The notes beneath the pieces were generated by a model. The model was given only the letters and a program-made list of their open reading frames with translations, was not told the origin of the DNA and ran no database searches. A program made the position numbers and the translations under genes. This document shows, in pieces, positions 38,485 to 52,462 of a stretch of DNA of 64,000 bases; the stretch's first letter is position 1; each line of letters opens with the position of its first letter. Source of the DNA: Eledone cirrhosa (lineage: Eukaryota); contig OZ024752.1 of NCBI GenBank assembly GCA_964016885.1, forward strand, positions 15,066,001 through 15,130,000, read 5' to 3'.

Positions 38485-39157
38485 AAGGGTTTCTGGTTTA
38501 GGCAAAAGGTCTGCAATTTCGGGGTAGGGAAAGGTCGATTAAATCAACTCCCGTGCATTACTTGAACTTTAATTTATCAACGCCTGAATGGATGAAATTC
38601 AAAGCTAACCACGGCAGGATTTGAACTCTGCACGTAAAGGGCCGCAACTCTCTGCTACGAAACAGGTTGTCCGACGCTCTACCTATGCTACCAATACAAC
38701 GCGCTGAAAAATGGAAATAATGATTTCTAGTCTAGGCACAAGGCCAGTAATTTGGGGGGGGGGTGAAAGTCGATTAAATCGACCCCAATACCTTACTGGT
38801 ACATTATTTTATCGACCCCGTAAGGATGATAGGCAAAATTAACCACGGCAGGATTTGAACTCAGAACGTAAACGGCCGCAACTCTCTGCTGCGAAGCAGG
38901 TTGTCCGACGCTCTACCGATACTACCAATCCACCGCGCTAAAAAATGGAAATAATAAATGCAATATAATAATTTTTTCTACTTTAGGCACAAGGCCAGCA
39001 ATTACCCAGTGCATTACTGGTACTTGATTTTATCGACCCTGTAAGGATGAAAGGCAAAGTTAACCTCGGCGGGAATTAAACTCAGATCGTAAAGGGACGT
39101 AACTCTGCTGGAAAGCATAATCCGACCCTCTATCGATACTGCCAATTCACCGCCCTT
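38485..39157 (-). mobile_element. Three tandem SINEs, two of a variant subfamily
   Basis: ~38485-38705 and ~38720-38940 carry an extra gtcgattaaatc block; ~38968-39157 is the standard type. Confidence 0.85.
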
Positions 39158-40415
39158 ATAATAATGATTATGTTAACGTTTCATACGACGGTGATAGAAT
39201 CCTGTCCCTCGTACCACCTGTAGTATCATATTCCTAGTCTTGATGAGGTCCCATTGGAACAGTAACCCATAATGTTGATTATTGGATGAAAGAAATAGAA
39301 GATGTGTGTATGAGTTTTGGTATATATGTGTAGAGAAATGTATATAGCTCGCATCATTAGCTCGATGTGACTGTATATGTGGCTATACACTTAATGTCGT
39401 CAATGATTTTTGTATTTTATAGCTCTTAGTCCATGTATATTTTTATCGGTAACATATATTTACTGCCTTTAATGCTATATTGGTTTTCATTTATAGTTTA
39501 CTGAAAGTATCAACCCAGTCTCCCTTCATTTTATTTCTTTCACTTTACTATAGGTTAATTCATTTTGCATTATTCCATTTTCTTTGTACGATATTATATA
39601 TCAAATGCTTATATCAGAACAATATTCTACTCCAGTAGTTTTACAATAATATTACATTTTATATCATTTCGTTGATTCTTACTGACACACAAAATAATTA
39701 ATTCTACCTATTCTACCAGTCATTAAATCACGCAGCAGGAAGCATCGCACGAAGCAATTGACACCTTACAGACACATACATGCTAACAATTCAATTCTCT
39801 TATGCTTGTGCTTAACCAACCACATCAATCAACGAATGAGAAATGTGGAAGGTTCGCATGATTTTAATGCAACACAACTAATGATCTTCTACTAGGCTTA
39901 TGATCATTGATTCTGTGCGTCTCTCAACGAGTCAGAACATAAAACTCATTCGTTCTATATAAGTATAAATCTCTTAATATCTCTCCGAAGCACAAAAAAG
40001 AAAATTATAAACTTTATATTTTATGGACATGTCTCCCACCCCGCCTCGGTGAACCTGAGACCAAGAGAAGGCTTAGATGATCCCACACAGTCCCATATAC
40101 ATAATTTACTAAACCAAAATGTTAGAAATGCGTGTTTTGATATGTTAATAGATGTCTACCGATTCATTCCTTCTGTTCCGTTTTTCTTATATTTTTTTTT
40201 ATATACAATATTCAATCTTAAAGAAAAACCGCAAAATATGATATGTTCACCAGTCCTGTGAAGATGAAAAAAAGAAAATATGTAAATCAATTCACAAGTT
40301 ATCAGGTCTCAATAAATCTTATCACACTTAATCTTCACCATACCGCACTCCCGTCCTCCCACCCCTCTCTCTATCTCTCACGTGTGTTTCTATGCACACA
40401 TACATACATTCAGAC

Positions 40416-42505
<2,090 letters not shown>

Positions 42506-43093
42506 ACGTTTGTGTGAGTGTTTGTATTATACATAACAAACTTAATTTGGTGATAAACTTTATTTCTATTTCGTTTTTTCTATCAAGTTATATACTCTCC
42601 AACTGTTTGACATCTTTCATGCAATCTCATATCTTATACTAGTCTTCTATTGTGAAATGTTTTCAACAATATTATTCTGTTATTTCCCAAAATTTATTTC
42701 CAAAATAAAAGTGTGCAGACGCATTATTGTTGTAGATTGTCAGTACAAAATTACATGGTGTGAAAGAAAATGATGTTATATATACGAGGCTGTCTCTATG
42801 GACGTAAGGCTAGTCTTTGATGACATATCATTAAACTCAAGGATGCTTAGAAACCACGCCATAAACCATATAGATGTATGCTCCGAATTTTTCATAAAAT
42901 TTACATTCATTATTTATCCCGAATAAAAATCCAATATTACTACTGGAAAATCCTGAAGATTTCCGTTTCACTTATTTTCCCTTGCTTTGAGCTATTCTTT
43001 GTTTTTCGTTGATGTGACGGATGAGCGTGCTGAACATCATTAAAGAGGCCATAACCAAGACGGGAAATACGTTTTTATGCTTTTTATAATAGA

Positions 43094-43704
43094 CTAACAG
43101 AATGGCCCGGCGTTGCTCGAGATTTGCTCTAGGCTTCATATATATTTGATATATATTTATCCTTATCGAGCCTCGTGAAATAAATACATTTGTTTATATT
43201 TTGTTATTGTGTATGCAAAATATCTGTACACGAATATATAATTATATATATATATTATAATAACAGATTAAAGTTTAAGCAAAAATCGCTGCTTCCACCC
43301 TTAACGGGATCTTCTGAAACTAAAAGAATCAATCTGTGAACGCAGAAGTAAATATTTCGAAAAACGTTACATACTATATATATATATATATACACACACT
43401 ATATAAACATATATACACACACACAGCGTCATAATGTCGTAATGCAGACAGCCAGACATAAAGACAGATATTATAAGGGCGCAACGTAATATCTATGTAT
43501 CTGTCTAAAAAGAAAAACTAAGAATTATAGAGAGATCGCTAAATTGCCTAGGCAGTTAGAATTTGGAATATTCTTTGCTCAAAACACTTACAAGACACTA
43601 AGTATTACATGTGTAAAGTTTGAAAACAATCGGTTGGGTGGTTCTCGAGTTTTAGGGAGTCAGACAGACAGGCAGACAGAGATTATCTGTTGTAGATATA
43701 TAGA
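43094..43704 (-). mobile_element. Non-autonomous Helitron containing a PLE3 terminal fragment
   Basis: 3' ctcgagcaacgccggg...gTTAG|t; 5' a|TCtatatatc; (TCTG)n; 43270-43370 matches 11815-11915. Confidence 0.7.
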
Positions 43705-43875
43705 TAATCTCCAAAATCTGCAGAGCGTCTGTTGCAGCATATTTTCCTTCCTCAATGCAGACACTAAAATTTAACTATGGTATATCAGCTCAGACAATGA
43801 AGTAGAGGTTTAAAAGGAGAGAAACATAAAGAGGAGGGGGGGGGGTTATTATTATTATTATTACTATTATATTTA

Positions 43876-44056
43876 GGGCGATGGATTGGCTGTCTGGACA
43901 CCATGCTTTGCAGCATAGAGTTAAGGCCCTTTATGGCATGAGTTCAATTCCCGCAGAGGTTAACTTTGCCTTTCCTCCTTACAGGGTCGATAAAATAAAT
44001 TACCAGTAATACACTGGGGTATTTGCTGGCCTTATGCCAAAAGTATAGACAATTAT
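43876..44056 (+). mobile_element. SINE
   Basis: SINE consensus with a small deletion in the head. Confidence 0.85.
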
Positions 44057-44442
44057 CCTTATTGAATTTCGTTTCCCTTCGGTATTGTTTCTGATATATG
44101 CCGAGTGTCTCTCTGACACTCAGGGCAAATATATTCACTGTATCCATTGGTAAGGCAGTTAACACACCACATCGAATATAATTTACACCTTATCATCCTT
44201 ACAGAGATAGTGTTACACACACACATCCACAAAATGGGGGGGGGGGGGTATCATTTTCACAGAGATAGTGCTCTTCTCAATACGTGTGCAGTACCAGTCA
44301 AAACATTTTTTTTGCATCTCTTGCAGAGAGGATAAACCAGGAACCATTCGTCGCAAGTACTGTTCTGTTCCTTTCTTGATCATTCCCGGTGCTCCCACAA
44401 TCACTGGTATTGGAACAGCCTTGCAGTGCCACATTATTTTGG

Positions 44443-44625
44443 AATTGGCAGTATCGGTAGAGGGTCGGACGCCATGCTTTCCAGCATAGTTACGTCCCTT
44501 GACGGTCTGAGTTCAAATCCCGTCGAGGTTAACTTTGCCTTTCATCCTTACGGAGTCGATAAAATATAGTACCAGTAACGAACTGAGTAATTGCTGGCCT
44601 TGGGCCAAAAGTAGAAACAATTATT
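44443..44625 (+). mobile_element. SINE
   Basis: SINE consensus. Confidence 0.9.
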
Positions 44626-44659
44626 TCGATTTCAATGAGCTGATCTTTATTATTATTAT

Positions 44660-45735
44660 TATCATTTTTATTTTCTTTCATTATTGTTTCTGAGATATAT
44701 GCTGAGTGTCTTCCTGACACCTAGGGCAAATAAATTCACAGTGTGCATTGGTAGGCCAGTTAATACAGCACATTGATTATAATTACAAAAAAAAAGAGTA
44801 TACATATATACACATGTGCATATTCATATGTAAATACAAGGTGGGATGGCCATCTCACAGAGATAGTGCTATTCTCAATACGTGTGCAGTACCAGTTTTG
44901 ATCATACCCAGTCCTCCAACAATCACTGGTATTGTAACGGTCTTGAGGTGCCACATTTTCTCAATTTCAATAAGCATATCTTTATATTTTCGTAGCTTGT
45001 CAAATTCTTTTGCCGCGATATTGTGATCACATGGGATGCTCATATCTATCAATAAACAGACCTTGTTATGTTGATCTTTTACAATGATGTCAGGTCTAAT
45101 TACTTTTATGGTCCTGTTAGTATGTACAGGAAAGTCCCAGAGAATTGTTACTTTTTCTCCTTCAGTTACAGCCTCAGGGTGATGATTGTACCACTTGTCT
45201 TCAGCTTCGATTTTGTAATGCCGTCATATTACCAGTGAAGATATTGGCCAACTCTGTAATGTCTATGTTTGTATTCTACTGGTGCTAAAACTTTACATCG
45301 AGAGACTAAGTGATCCACTGTTTCAACCTCAGCATTGCAGAATCGGCACTTAGGGTTTATTCCGTTTTTCATCACATTGGCCTTGGTAATTACGAGTCAA
45401 TAAGCTTTGATCTTGGGCAGCTAGATGAAGCATTCACTCTCCGCCTTTAGCCCTGAACTACGTAGCCACTGATGGGTGTGCTTTTGGTCAACATCAGCTT
45501 GTTTGCTACGGGCCACATATTTGCCATGCAGAGGTTTCTGTTCCCACTTCGATGCTAATTGTCCTTAAGTTTTTGCTTTTGCCAGTGATTTTATGTGCCT
45601 AGCCATATCATTTGCAACAGTTTCTTTAGTCTGTCCAGCCTAGGTATCAAGCATGAGATCAGTAGCATATTTGTTGCTCTCCTTCGAGATAGAATGAAGC
45701 TTCTTAATTCTCTCATGCTTTTCAACAAGTTTGAT
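44660..45735 (-). pseudogene. Old R4/Dong-like RLE LINE 3' relic; related pieces at ~44060-44430 and ~45890-46150
   Basis: CRFC...ETVDHLVSRC, LWDFP, RPDIIV, LIDMSIP, KLRKYKD, TIPVIVG; flanked by (TTA)n. Confidence 0.85.
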
Positions 45736-46553
45736 TATTATTATTATTATTACAGTTGCATTTATCTTGTTATGTTCATACGAGTTATCACCAAGTCACA
45801 ACCAGTGACCTCAAGAGACAACAAGGTCCGCCATGTTCAAGAAAGAACATACATACACACACATGCATCTTTAGGTGTTTAGACTTGTGATGTACTTATA
45901 TTGACAGAATCTTCTTTAGTATATGGGCAGTTCCCATTAGTACTATCTTTTGTATTTCTCCTATACGCGGGTTTCCTGGGATTTGCGATAAGTAATCATT
46001 AGACCCCTTAGGTATCATTCCTAGAGCGCCTACAACCACTGGTATTGTTTTAGTTCTCAATTTTCACATTTTTCCAATTTCTATCTCCAGGTCCTTATAC
46101 TTGCTCAATTTTTCAAATGTTTTTATAGATACATTCTTGTCTATTGGGTTTTGCCTTCACATTCAGTAGAGTGGACGACAGGCATGTCTGTAGCCGTCGT
46201 AGTTGTGGTGAAATCTACAGTGGCTGCTTTTAAACTTTTGACCAGAACGTTGTTTACCATTTCAAGGTAGGAAATTTCCATTTTTTTTTTTTTCGGTGGG
46301 TATCGATTCTTTTCGAAATTTTTAAAAATAAATCTGAATATTCGGGCTTAAAGCCCGAATATTGAGAGTATCCCTCTCTTGAAACCAAGTTGGGTACCTT
46401 ATGTTTCGTTAACGACAAGAAAATACAAACAATGATACTTTAAAACAGCGTAAAGTTAAGAACCTTTTCTCCCTCAGACTTGTACTGTCTTCACACATGT
46501 GCGTCCAAATAATAATAATAATAATTATAATAATGATAATAATAATAATAATG

Positions 46554-46582
<29 letters not shown>

Positions 46583-46587
<5 letters not shown>

Positions 46588-47845
46588 AGGAATTGTTAAG
46601 AACTGAATACATTCGGAGAGTAAGGAGCGTATTGAAGTCACATCTGAACAGCAGAAATGCCATAAGCGCAGTAAATTCCCGAGCTGTGTCTATTATTAGG
46701 TACAGTGCGGGAATTCTGAGATGGAATGTTGCTGAACAAAAAGAAATGGATAGGAAGACTAGGAAGCTATTGACTATCTACAACATGTTCCACAAGAGGA
46801 GTGATGTCGATAGACTCTACCTAAGGAGATCTGAGGGTGGAAGAGGTCTTATCAGCATAGAGGACTGTGTTCAGATGGAGAAAAACAACCTATACAAATA
46901 CGTGACCTATAGTAAGGAGCCAATGCTCAGAGCTGTACTGAAGGAGGGGACAGTAGGCCAGGGGATACCCAAGGAGGAAATAACATCAAGGAGGAAGAGC
47001 AGCCTTAAGGGAAAATCCCTTCATAGTACCTTCTTTGAGAAAACTGAATTTAGAGATCCACAGACATGGAACTGGTTGAGAAGAGGAGACCTCAAAAAGG
47101 CTACAGAAGGAATGCTAATGGCTGCGCAGGAGCAGGCCCTCAAAACGAAGTGGTTGAAGCACCATATCTACAAGGAGGAGGCTAGCCCACTGTGCAGGAT
47201 CTGTGGAGAGAGAGAGGTGACTGTGGCTCACATTGTGTCCGAGTGTAAACACCTAGCCCAGACCCACTATAAGGGCTGGAGACACGATGTGATGGGCAGG
47301 GTGATCCACTGGCACCTGTGCAAAGTAAACAATCTACCACATTCTGAGAAATGGTATGAGCATAGGCCAGAGGCGGTGATGGAGAACAGTCAGGTGAAGG
47401 TGCTGTGGGATTTTAGGATACAGACGGACAAAAAACTGGAACACAATAGACCTGACCTGGTGGTTGTGGACAAAGAAAAAAGATCGTGCCTGATTGTGGA
47501 TGTGGCCTGCCCGTTCGACACGAGAGTGCAAGAGAAGGAGAGGGAGAAAATTAACCGATACCAGGACCTAAAGTGGGAGGTGAAAAGGATTTGGAACTGC
47601 CATGAAGTCAAAGTGATCCCGATTGTCATAGGCGCACTGGGGACTATCTCCAAAGGTTTCCAGGGATGGTTAAAGAAAATCGGCCCCTTCACGCTTTTTG
47701 GAACGCTTCAAAAGGCATGCTTGCTTGGAACGGCAAGAACCCTCCGATACGTCCTGAATATCTGAGGCTGCAGGTAGTGGCTTGATATTCAATCCAACGG
47801 ACTTTCCAGTTAACCAACATCAATGACTGAGATTCAAGGAATAAC

Positions 47846-47875
<30 letters not shown>
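46583..47875 (+). mobile_element. R4/Dong-like LINE copy 1, 5'-truncated, within (TAA)n
   Basis: Near-identical to the 3' part of 48942-52334; (AAT)n on both sides. Confidence 0.95.
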
Positions 47876-47876
<1 letters not shown>

Positions 47877-48941
47877 GGAAGAAGACGCACGAGGTGACGG
47901 AGGTCATGAAATCGCTCCCGTAAGTTTTGAATTTTTAACATATTTAAACCATTTGTGAAATAACAACTCTTAGCACAAATGCTACGTAAAGCACCCGGCT
48001 TGAGCCCCAAAAAATTCGGACCCAAAATATATTGTTATAAGGCTCAAATATTCAAATATTCAACTTTGTATTGTACACTGTATATCCAAAAAAAAAAATG
48101 GCTATAAATGGAAGAAGAACCCCTCCCCTCCTCTCCTCTGGCTACACTATATAGGACAGCTAAACTCACCAACACCAGAAACTAGATACACCACCCACCC
48201 CATCATCTGTGTACACTAAACACAACAGCCAGATAACGACACATTTTCACCTTCACCGCCACCGCTCACTACGGCCATCATTACCACCACTATCCCATCA
48301 CCGCCGCCACCACCCCTTGACTCCGCTACAGCACCATCACTACAGTAATACGGTCACATCACCGCCACCACTGCCTCGGTATCAACATCACCACCACCAC
48401 TGTCTCAGTATCGCTAACGCCGCCAGTCTCCCACTTCCCTGCTGGCTGCTACTTCCACATTATAGAATTCCTACTACTAACAAAGAGGAAGGCATCAAAA
48501 TATATAGATAGACCCAAAAGAAAAAAGAAAAAACAAACAACAAAACCAAAGCAGCACGGCAACAACAGCAAAAAACGAGAAAAACAAACAGAGAAAAACA
48601 AAAACAAAAAAAAGAAACCCCAAAAACGTAAAGAAAATAAGAATGAAGAGAGAAGCAGGCGGACGGACAGAGAAGAGGGGGGAAAAAGTAAAACTTAAAA
48701 AACTAAAACTAAGTCAGACATTCGAACACTACATTACAATGAAACTTATGCTTATTCATTTCTGGGGCCCTTTCTGCCTGTGTGTTTGTTTGTTTATGTG
48801 TGTTCGTATACAGCGTGGCGATAATGCCACACAAGGGCCAAGTGGGATGGCGGATCCACAGATGGCTATGTAAACATACATTCGCCAATCCTCGATAAGA
48901 GTGTTTAAATATCGAACATAAACAGTTCGAATAACGGTGAA

Positions 48942-51900
48942 ATGGAGACTAGAACGTCATGTGACAGACTCTCACCCAACAGGTGCCCCCTGGCTCAGCA
49001 GCAGGAACCTGACTGTCAACCAAATACTGCTGATGTTGGAGGAAGGAGAAGAAGGAAAGGGGCCAGAACCAACTGGACGAAAGAATTGAATAGAACTGTT
49101 ATGCAATGCTACCTGAAAAGTAACCCCAAGGAGAGGGGCTACAGGAGACGGATGCATAACATCTGGAACGAGATTGGTTTATTTAAATTAGATGAACAAA
49201 AATTGGCCGGGCAGGCTCGGGTAATAAGAACTAATGGGTGGATAAGCGAGCTGGAACTGGAGGAACTGAGCAGAGAGAATGGCTTGGAGATGGCGGGTGT
49301 AGTATGCCAGACAAGCGAGCCGGTGGGAAATGAAGGTGAGGAGGTCCTGAGAACGGAGGAACCACCCGAAGCAGATAATGATCTGAGTACTGAGATAAAT
49401 AATACCTGGAACAGAGATACGGCCACTGAGGAGATGAATGCTGACGGGCTAGGACAAGATTCGGTTGACATCCTAAATTTAGTGGTAGATGAATTGAACA
49501 ATGATAGTGGGAGACCTATGAACCTAAGATTTGTAGACAGGAAAAAGTTAAAAGAAACAACAGCTAAGGTAAACAAAGTCATCCCATACCTTGAGGCGAG
49601 GAGCCTTCACCAGTGCAACAATATCCTCAGAGCAACAGCAAATACGGTGAGGAAACTACTTGGTATAAAAGCGAGAGGAAACAACAGACAAGAAAGAGCA
49701 GAACCGTGGTGGAAGAAGCGACTGAGTGGGCAAATCGGGGAAATGAGAAATGACATAGGAAAGCTTGAGTCACTGCTGAATGGGACACTAAAAAACATAG
49801 GCACTAAAAATAGACTGGAAATAAAATACAAAACTAGGAGTAAAAAGCTAAATATTATCATAGAGGAATTGAAGCAACGCATTGTAGCAAAGAGTGCAAA
49901 AATCAGGCGATACGAGAACAGAGTCAGTCAGTATAAACAGAACCGCATGTTCGACAACAACCAGAAGATGCTGTTTGGACAGCTTGAGGGCAAAGAAAGA
50001 GGCAACGACTTGATCCCTGGGGCGGAGCAAACTAAAACATTCTGGAGAGGAATATGGGAGCAGGATGTTAGACACAATGCCCAGGCAGGGTGGATTGAGA
50101 CAGTACAGAGGGAGATCGGTGAGCAGGCACAGCAACAGACTGATTTGAGTATCACAGTTGAAACTCTTAAGGGGCAAGCCAAAAAACTAACCAACTGGAA
50201 ATCACCAGGCCCAGATGGTGTGCAGGGGTATTGGATTAAACATCTAACATCCCTCCACCCGAAGCTGACGGCCATGTTCAATGAATGCTTGGTGTCGGGT
50301 GAGGTGCCAGAGTGGTTGACAAAAGGTACCACAGTTCTGATAATGAAAGACCGAATCAAGGGTAATGATGCTACCAACTATAGACCTATCACATGTCTGC
50401 CCGTAATGTGGAAACTGTTGACGAGCATTGTGTCTGAGGAAATCTACCATCACCTCCACACAAACAACTTGTTACCGGACGAACAGAAAGGATGCCGAAA
50501 GAAGTCACGTGGTACAAAGGACCAGTTGCTTATTGATAAGATGGTAATGGGGAATTGCAGGAGGAGACACACTGATCTTGCCATGGGATGGATAGACTAC
50601 AGAAAGGCATTTGACATGGTGCCTCATTCCTGGATCACCAAAAGCCTGGAGATCTTCAGGGTGGCGGATAACATCAGACAGTTGCTAGGCAGGAGTATGG
50701 GGTCCTGGGAGACAGAGTTGACATCAACTGGAGTATCCTTGGGAAGCGTGAAGATCAAGAGAGGTATCTTCCAGGGAGATAGCCTGTCACCTCTGTTGTT
50801 TGTCCTTGCCCTGATGCCCTTGACCATTATGCTGCGAAAAGTGAGAGCAGGATACAAGTTGGGAAGGGGAGAGCTTACCATCAATCACCTCCTCTTCATG
50901 GACGATCTCAAGCTCTTCGGGAAAAGTGAGAAGGAGTTGGATGTGCTTGTTGACACTGTCCGTATTTTCAGAAGTGATATATGTATGCAGTTTGGTATTG
51001 GTAAATGTGGAGTCATTGTGATGAAGAGGGGTAGGTTGAGCAGAAGTAACGGGATCCAGATACCAACAGGTGAGATGATAAAGGAAATTGACTCTGAGGA
51101 AGGATACAAGTATTTGGGCGTTCTGGAGGCTGATGGCATAAAGAACAAAAAAATGAAGGAATTGTTAAGAACTGAATACATTCGGAGAGTAAGGAGCGTA
51201 TTGAAGTCACATCTGAACAGCAGAAATGCCATAAGCGCAGTAAATTCCCGAGCTGTGTCTATTATTAGGTACAGTGCGGGAATTCTGAGATGGAATGTTG
51301 CTGAACAGAAAGAAATGGATAGGAAGACTAGGAAGCTATTGACTATCTACAACATGTTCCACAAGAGGAGTGATGTCGATAGACTCTACCTAAGGAGATC
51401 TGAGGGTGGAAGAGGTCTTATCAGCATAGAGGACTGTGTTCAGATGGAGAAAAACAACCTATACAAATACGTGACCTATAGTAAGGAGCCAATGCTCAGA
51501 GCTGTACTGAAGGAGGGGACAGTAGGCCAGGGGATGTCCAGGGAGGAAATAACATCAAGGAGGAAGAGCAGCCTTAAGGGAAAACCCCTTCATAGTACCT
51601 TCTTTGAGAAAACTGAATTTAGAGATCCACAGACATGGAACTGGTTGAGAAGAGGAGACCTCAAAAAGGCTACAGAAGGAATGCTAATGGCTGCGCAGGA
51701 GCAGGCCCTCAAAACGAAGTGGTTGAAGCACCATATCTACAAGGAGGAGGCCAACCCACTGTGCAGGATCTGTGGAGAGAGAGAGGAGACTGTGGCTCAC
51801 ATTGTGTCCGAGTGTAAATACCTAGCCCAAACCAACTATAAGGGCTGGAGACACGATGTGATGGGCAGGGTGATCCACTGGCACCTGTGCAAAGTAAACA

Positions 51901-52334
51901 ATCTACCACATTCTGAGAAATGGTATGAGCATAGGCCAGAGGCGGTGATGGAGAACAATCAGGTGAAGATGCTGTGGGATTTTAGGATACAGACGGACAA
52001 AAAACTGGAACACAATAGACCTGACCTGGTGGTTGTGGACAAAGAAAAAAGATCGTGCCTGATTGTGGATGTGGCCTGCCCGTTCGACACGAGAGTGCAA
52101 GAGAAGGAGAGGGAGAAAATTAACCGATACCAGGACCTAAAGTGGGAGGTGAAAAGGATTTGGAACTGCCATGAAGCCAAAGTGATCCCGATTGTCATAG
52201 GCGCACTGGGGACTATCTCCAAAAGTTTCCAGGGATGGTTAAAGAAAATCGGCCCCTTCACGCTTTTTGGAACGCTTCAAAAGGCATGCTTGCTTGGAAC
52301 AGCAAGAACCCTCCGATACGTCCTGAATATCTGA
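48942..52334 (+). CDS. Intact R4/Dong-like non-LTR retrotransposon protein (RT, CCHC, restriction-like endonuclease), 1130 aa
   Basis: KSPGPDG, YRPITCL, EQKGC, WIDYRKAFD, GIFQGDSLSPLLF, LFMDD, YKYLG, CRICGEREETVAHIVSEC, RHD, RPDLVV...IVDVACP...KINRY; short 3' UTR and (AAT)n tail to 52461. Confidence 0.95.
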   Translation: METRTSCDRLSPNRCPLAQQQEPDCQPNTADVGGRRRRKGARTNWTKELNRTVMQCYLKSNPKERGYRRRMHNIWNEIGLFKLDEQKLAGQARVIRTNGWISELELEELSRENGLEMAGVVCQTSEPVGNEGEEVLRTEEPPEADNDLSTEINNTWNRDTATEEMNADGLGQDSVDILNLVVDELNNDSGRPMNLRFVDRKKLKETTAKVNKVIPYLEARSLHQCNNILRATANTVRKLLGIKARGNNRQERAEPWWKKRLSGQIGEMRNDIGKLESLLNGTLKNIGTKNRLEIKYKTRSKKLNIIIEELKQRIVAKSAKIRRYENRVSQYKQNRMFDNNQKMLFGQLEGKERGNDLIPGAEQTKTFWRGIWEQDVRHNAQAGWIETVQREIGEQAQQQTDLSITVETLKGQAKKLTNWKSPGPDGVQGYWIKHLTSLHPKLTAMFNECLVSGEVPEWLTKGTTVLIMKDRIKGNDATNYRPITCLPVMWKLLTSIVSEEIYHHLHTNNLLPDEQKGCRKKSRGTKDQLLIDKMVMGNCRRRHTDLAMGWIDYRKAFDMVPHSWITKSLEIFRVADNIRQLLGRSMGSWETELTSTGVSLGSVKIKRGIFQGDSLSPLLFVLALMPLTIMLRKVRAGYKLGRGELTINHLLFMDDLKLFGKSEKELDVLVDTVRIFRSDICMQFGIGKCGVIVMKRGRLSRSNGIQIPTGEMIKEIDSEEGYKYLGVLEADGIKNKKMKELLRTEYIRRVRSVLKSHLNSRNAISAVNSRAVSIIRYSAGILRWNVAEQKEMDRKTRKLLTIYNMFHKRSDVDRLYLRRSEGGRGLISIEDCVQMEKNNLYKYVTYSKEPMLRAVLKEGTVGQGMSREEITSRRKSSLKGKPLHSTFFEKTEFRDPQTWNWLRRGDLKKATEGMLMAAQEQALKTKWLKHHIYKEEANPLCRICGEREETVAHIVSECKYLAQTNYKGWRHDVMGRVIHWHLCKVNNLPHSEKWYEHRPEAVMENNQVKMLWDFRIQTDKKLEHNRPDLVVVDKEKRSCLIVDVACPFDTRVQEKEREKINRYQDLKWEVKRIWNCHEAKVIPIVIGALGTISKSFQGWLKKIGPFTLFGTLQKACLLGTARTLRYVLNI

Positions 52335-52426
52335 GGCTGCAGGTAGTGGCTTGATATTCAATCCAACGGACTTTCCAGTTAACCAACATCAATGACTGAG
52401 ATTCAAGGAATAACAATAACAATAAC

Positions 52427-52461
<35 letters not shown>

Positions 52462-52462
<1 letters not shown>

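Noticed and set aside
46497-46583. Poly-Ile N-terminus of the 422-aa ORF
   Set aside because: It is the (ATA)n target repeat read in frame with a truncated LINE.
48790-48941. HDV-like ribozyme in the LINE 5' UTR (tcctcg seen near 48889)
   Set aside because: I could not assemble the P1/P2/P3/P1.1 pairings by eye; it needs a descriptor search.
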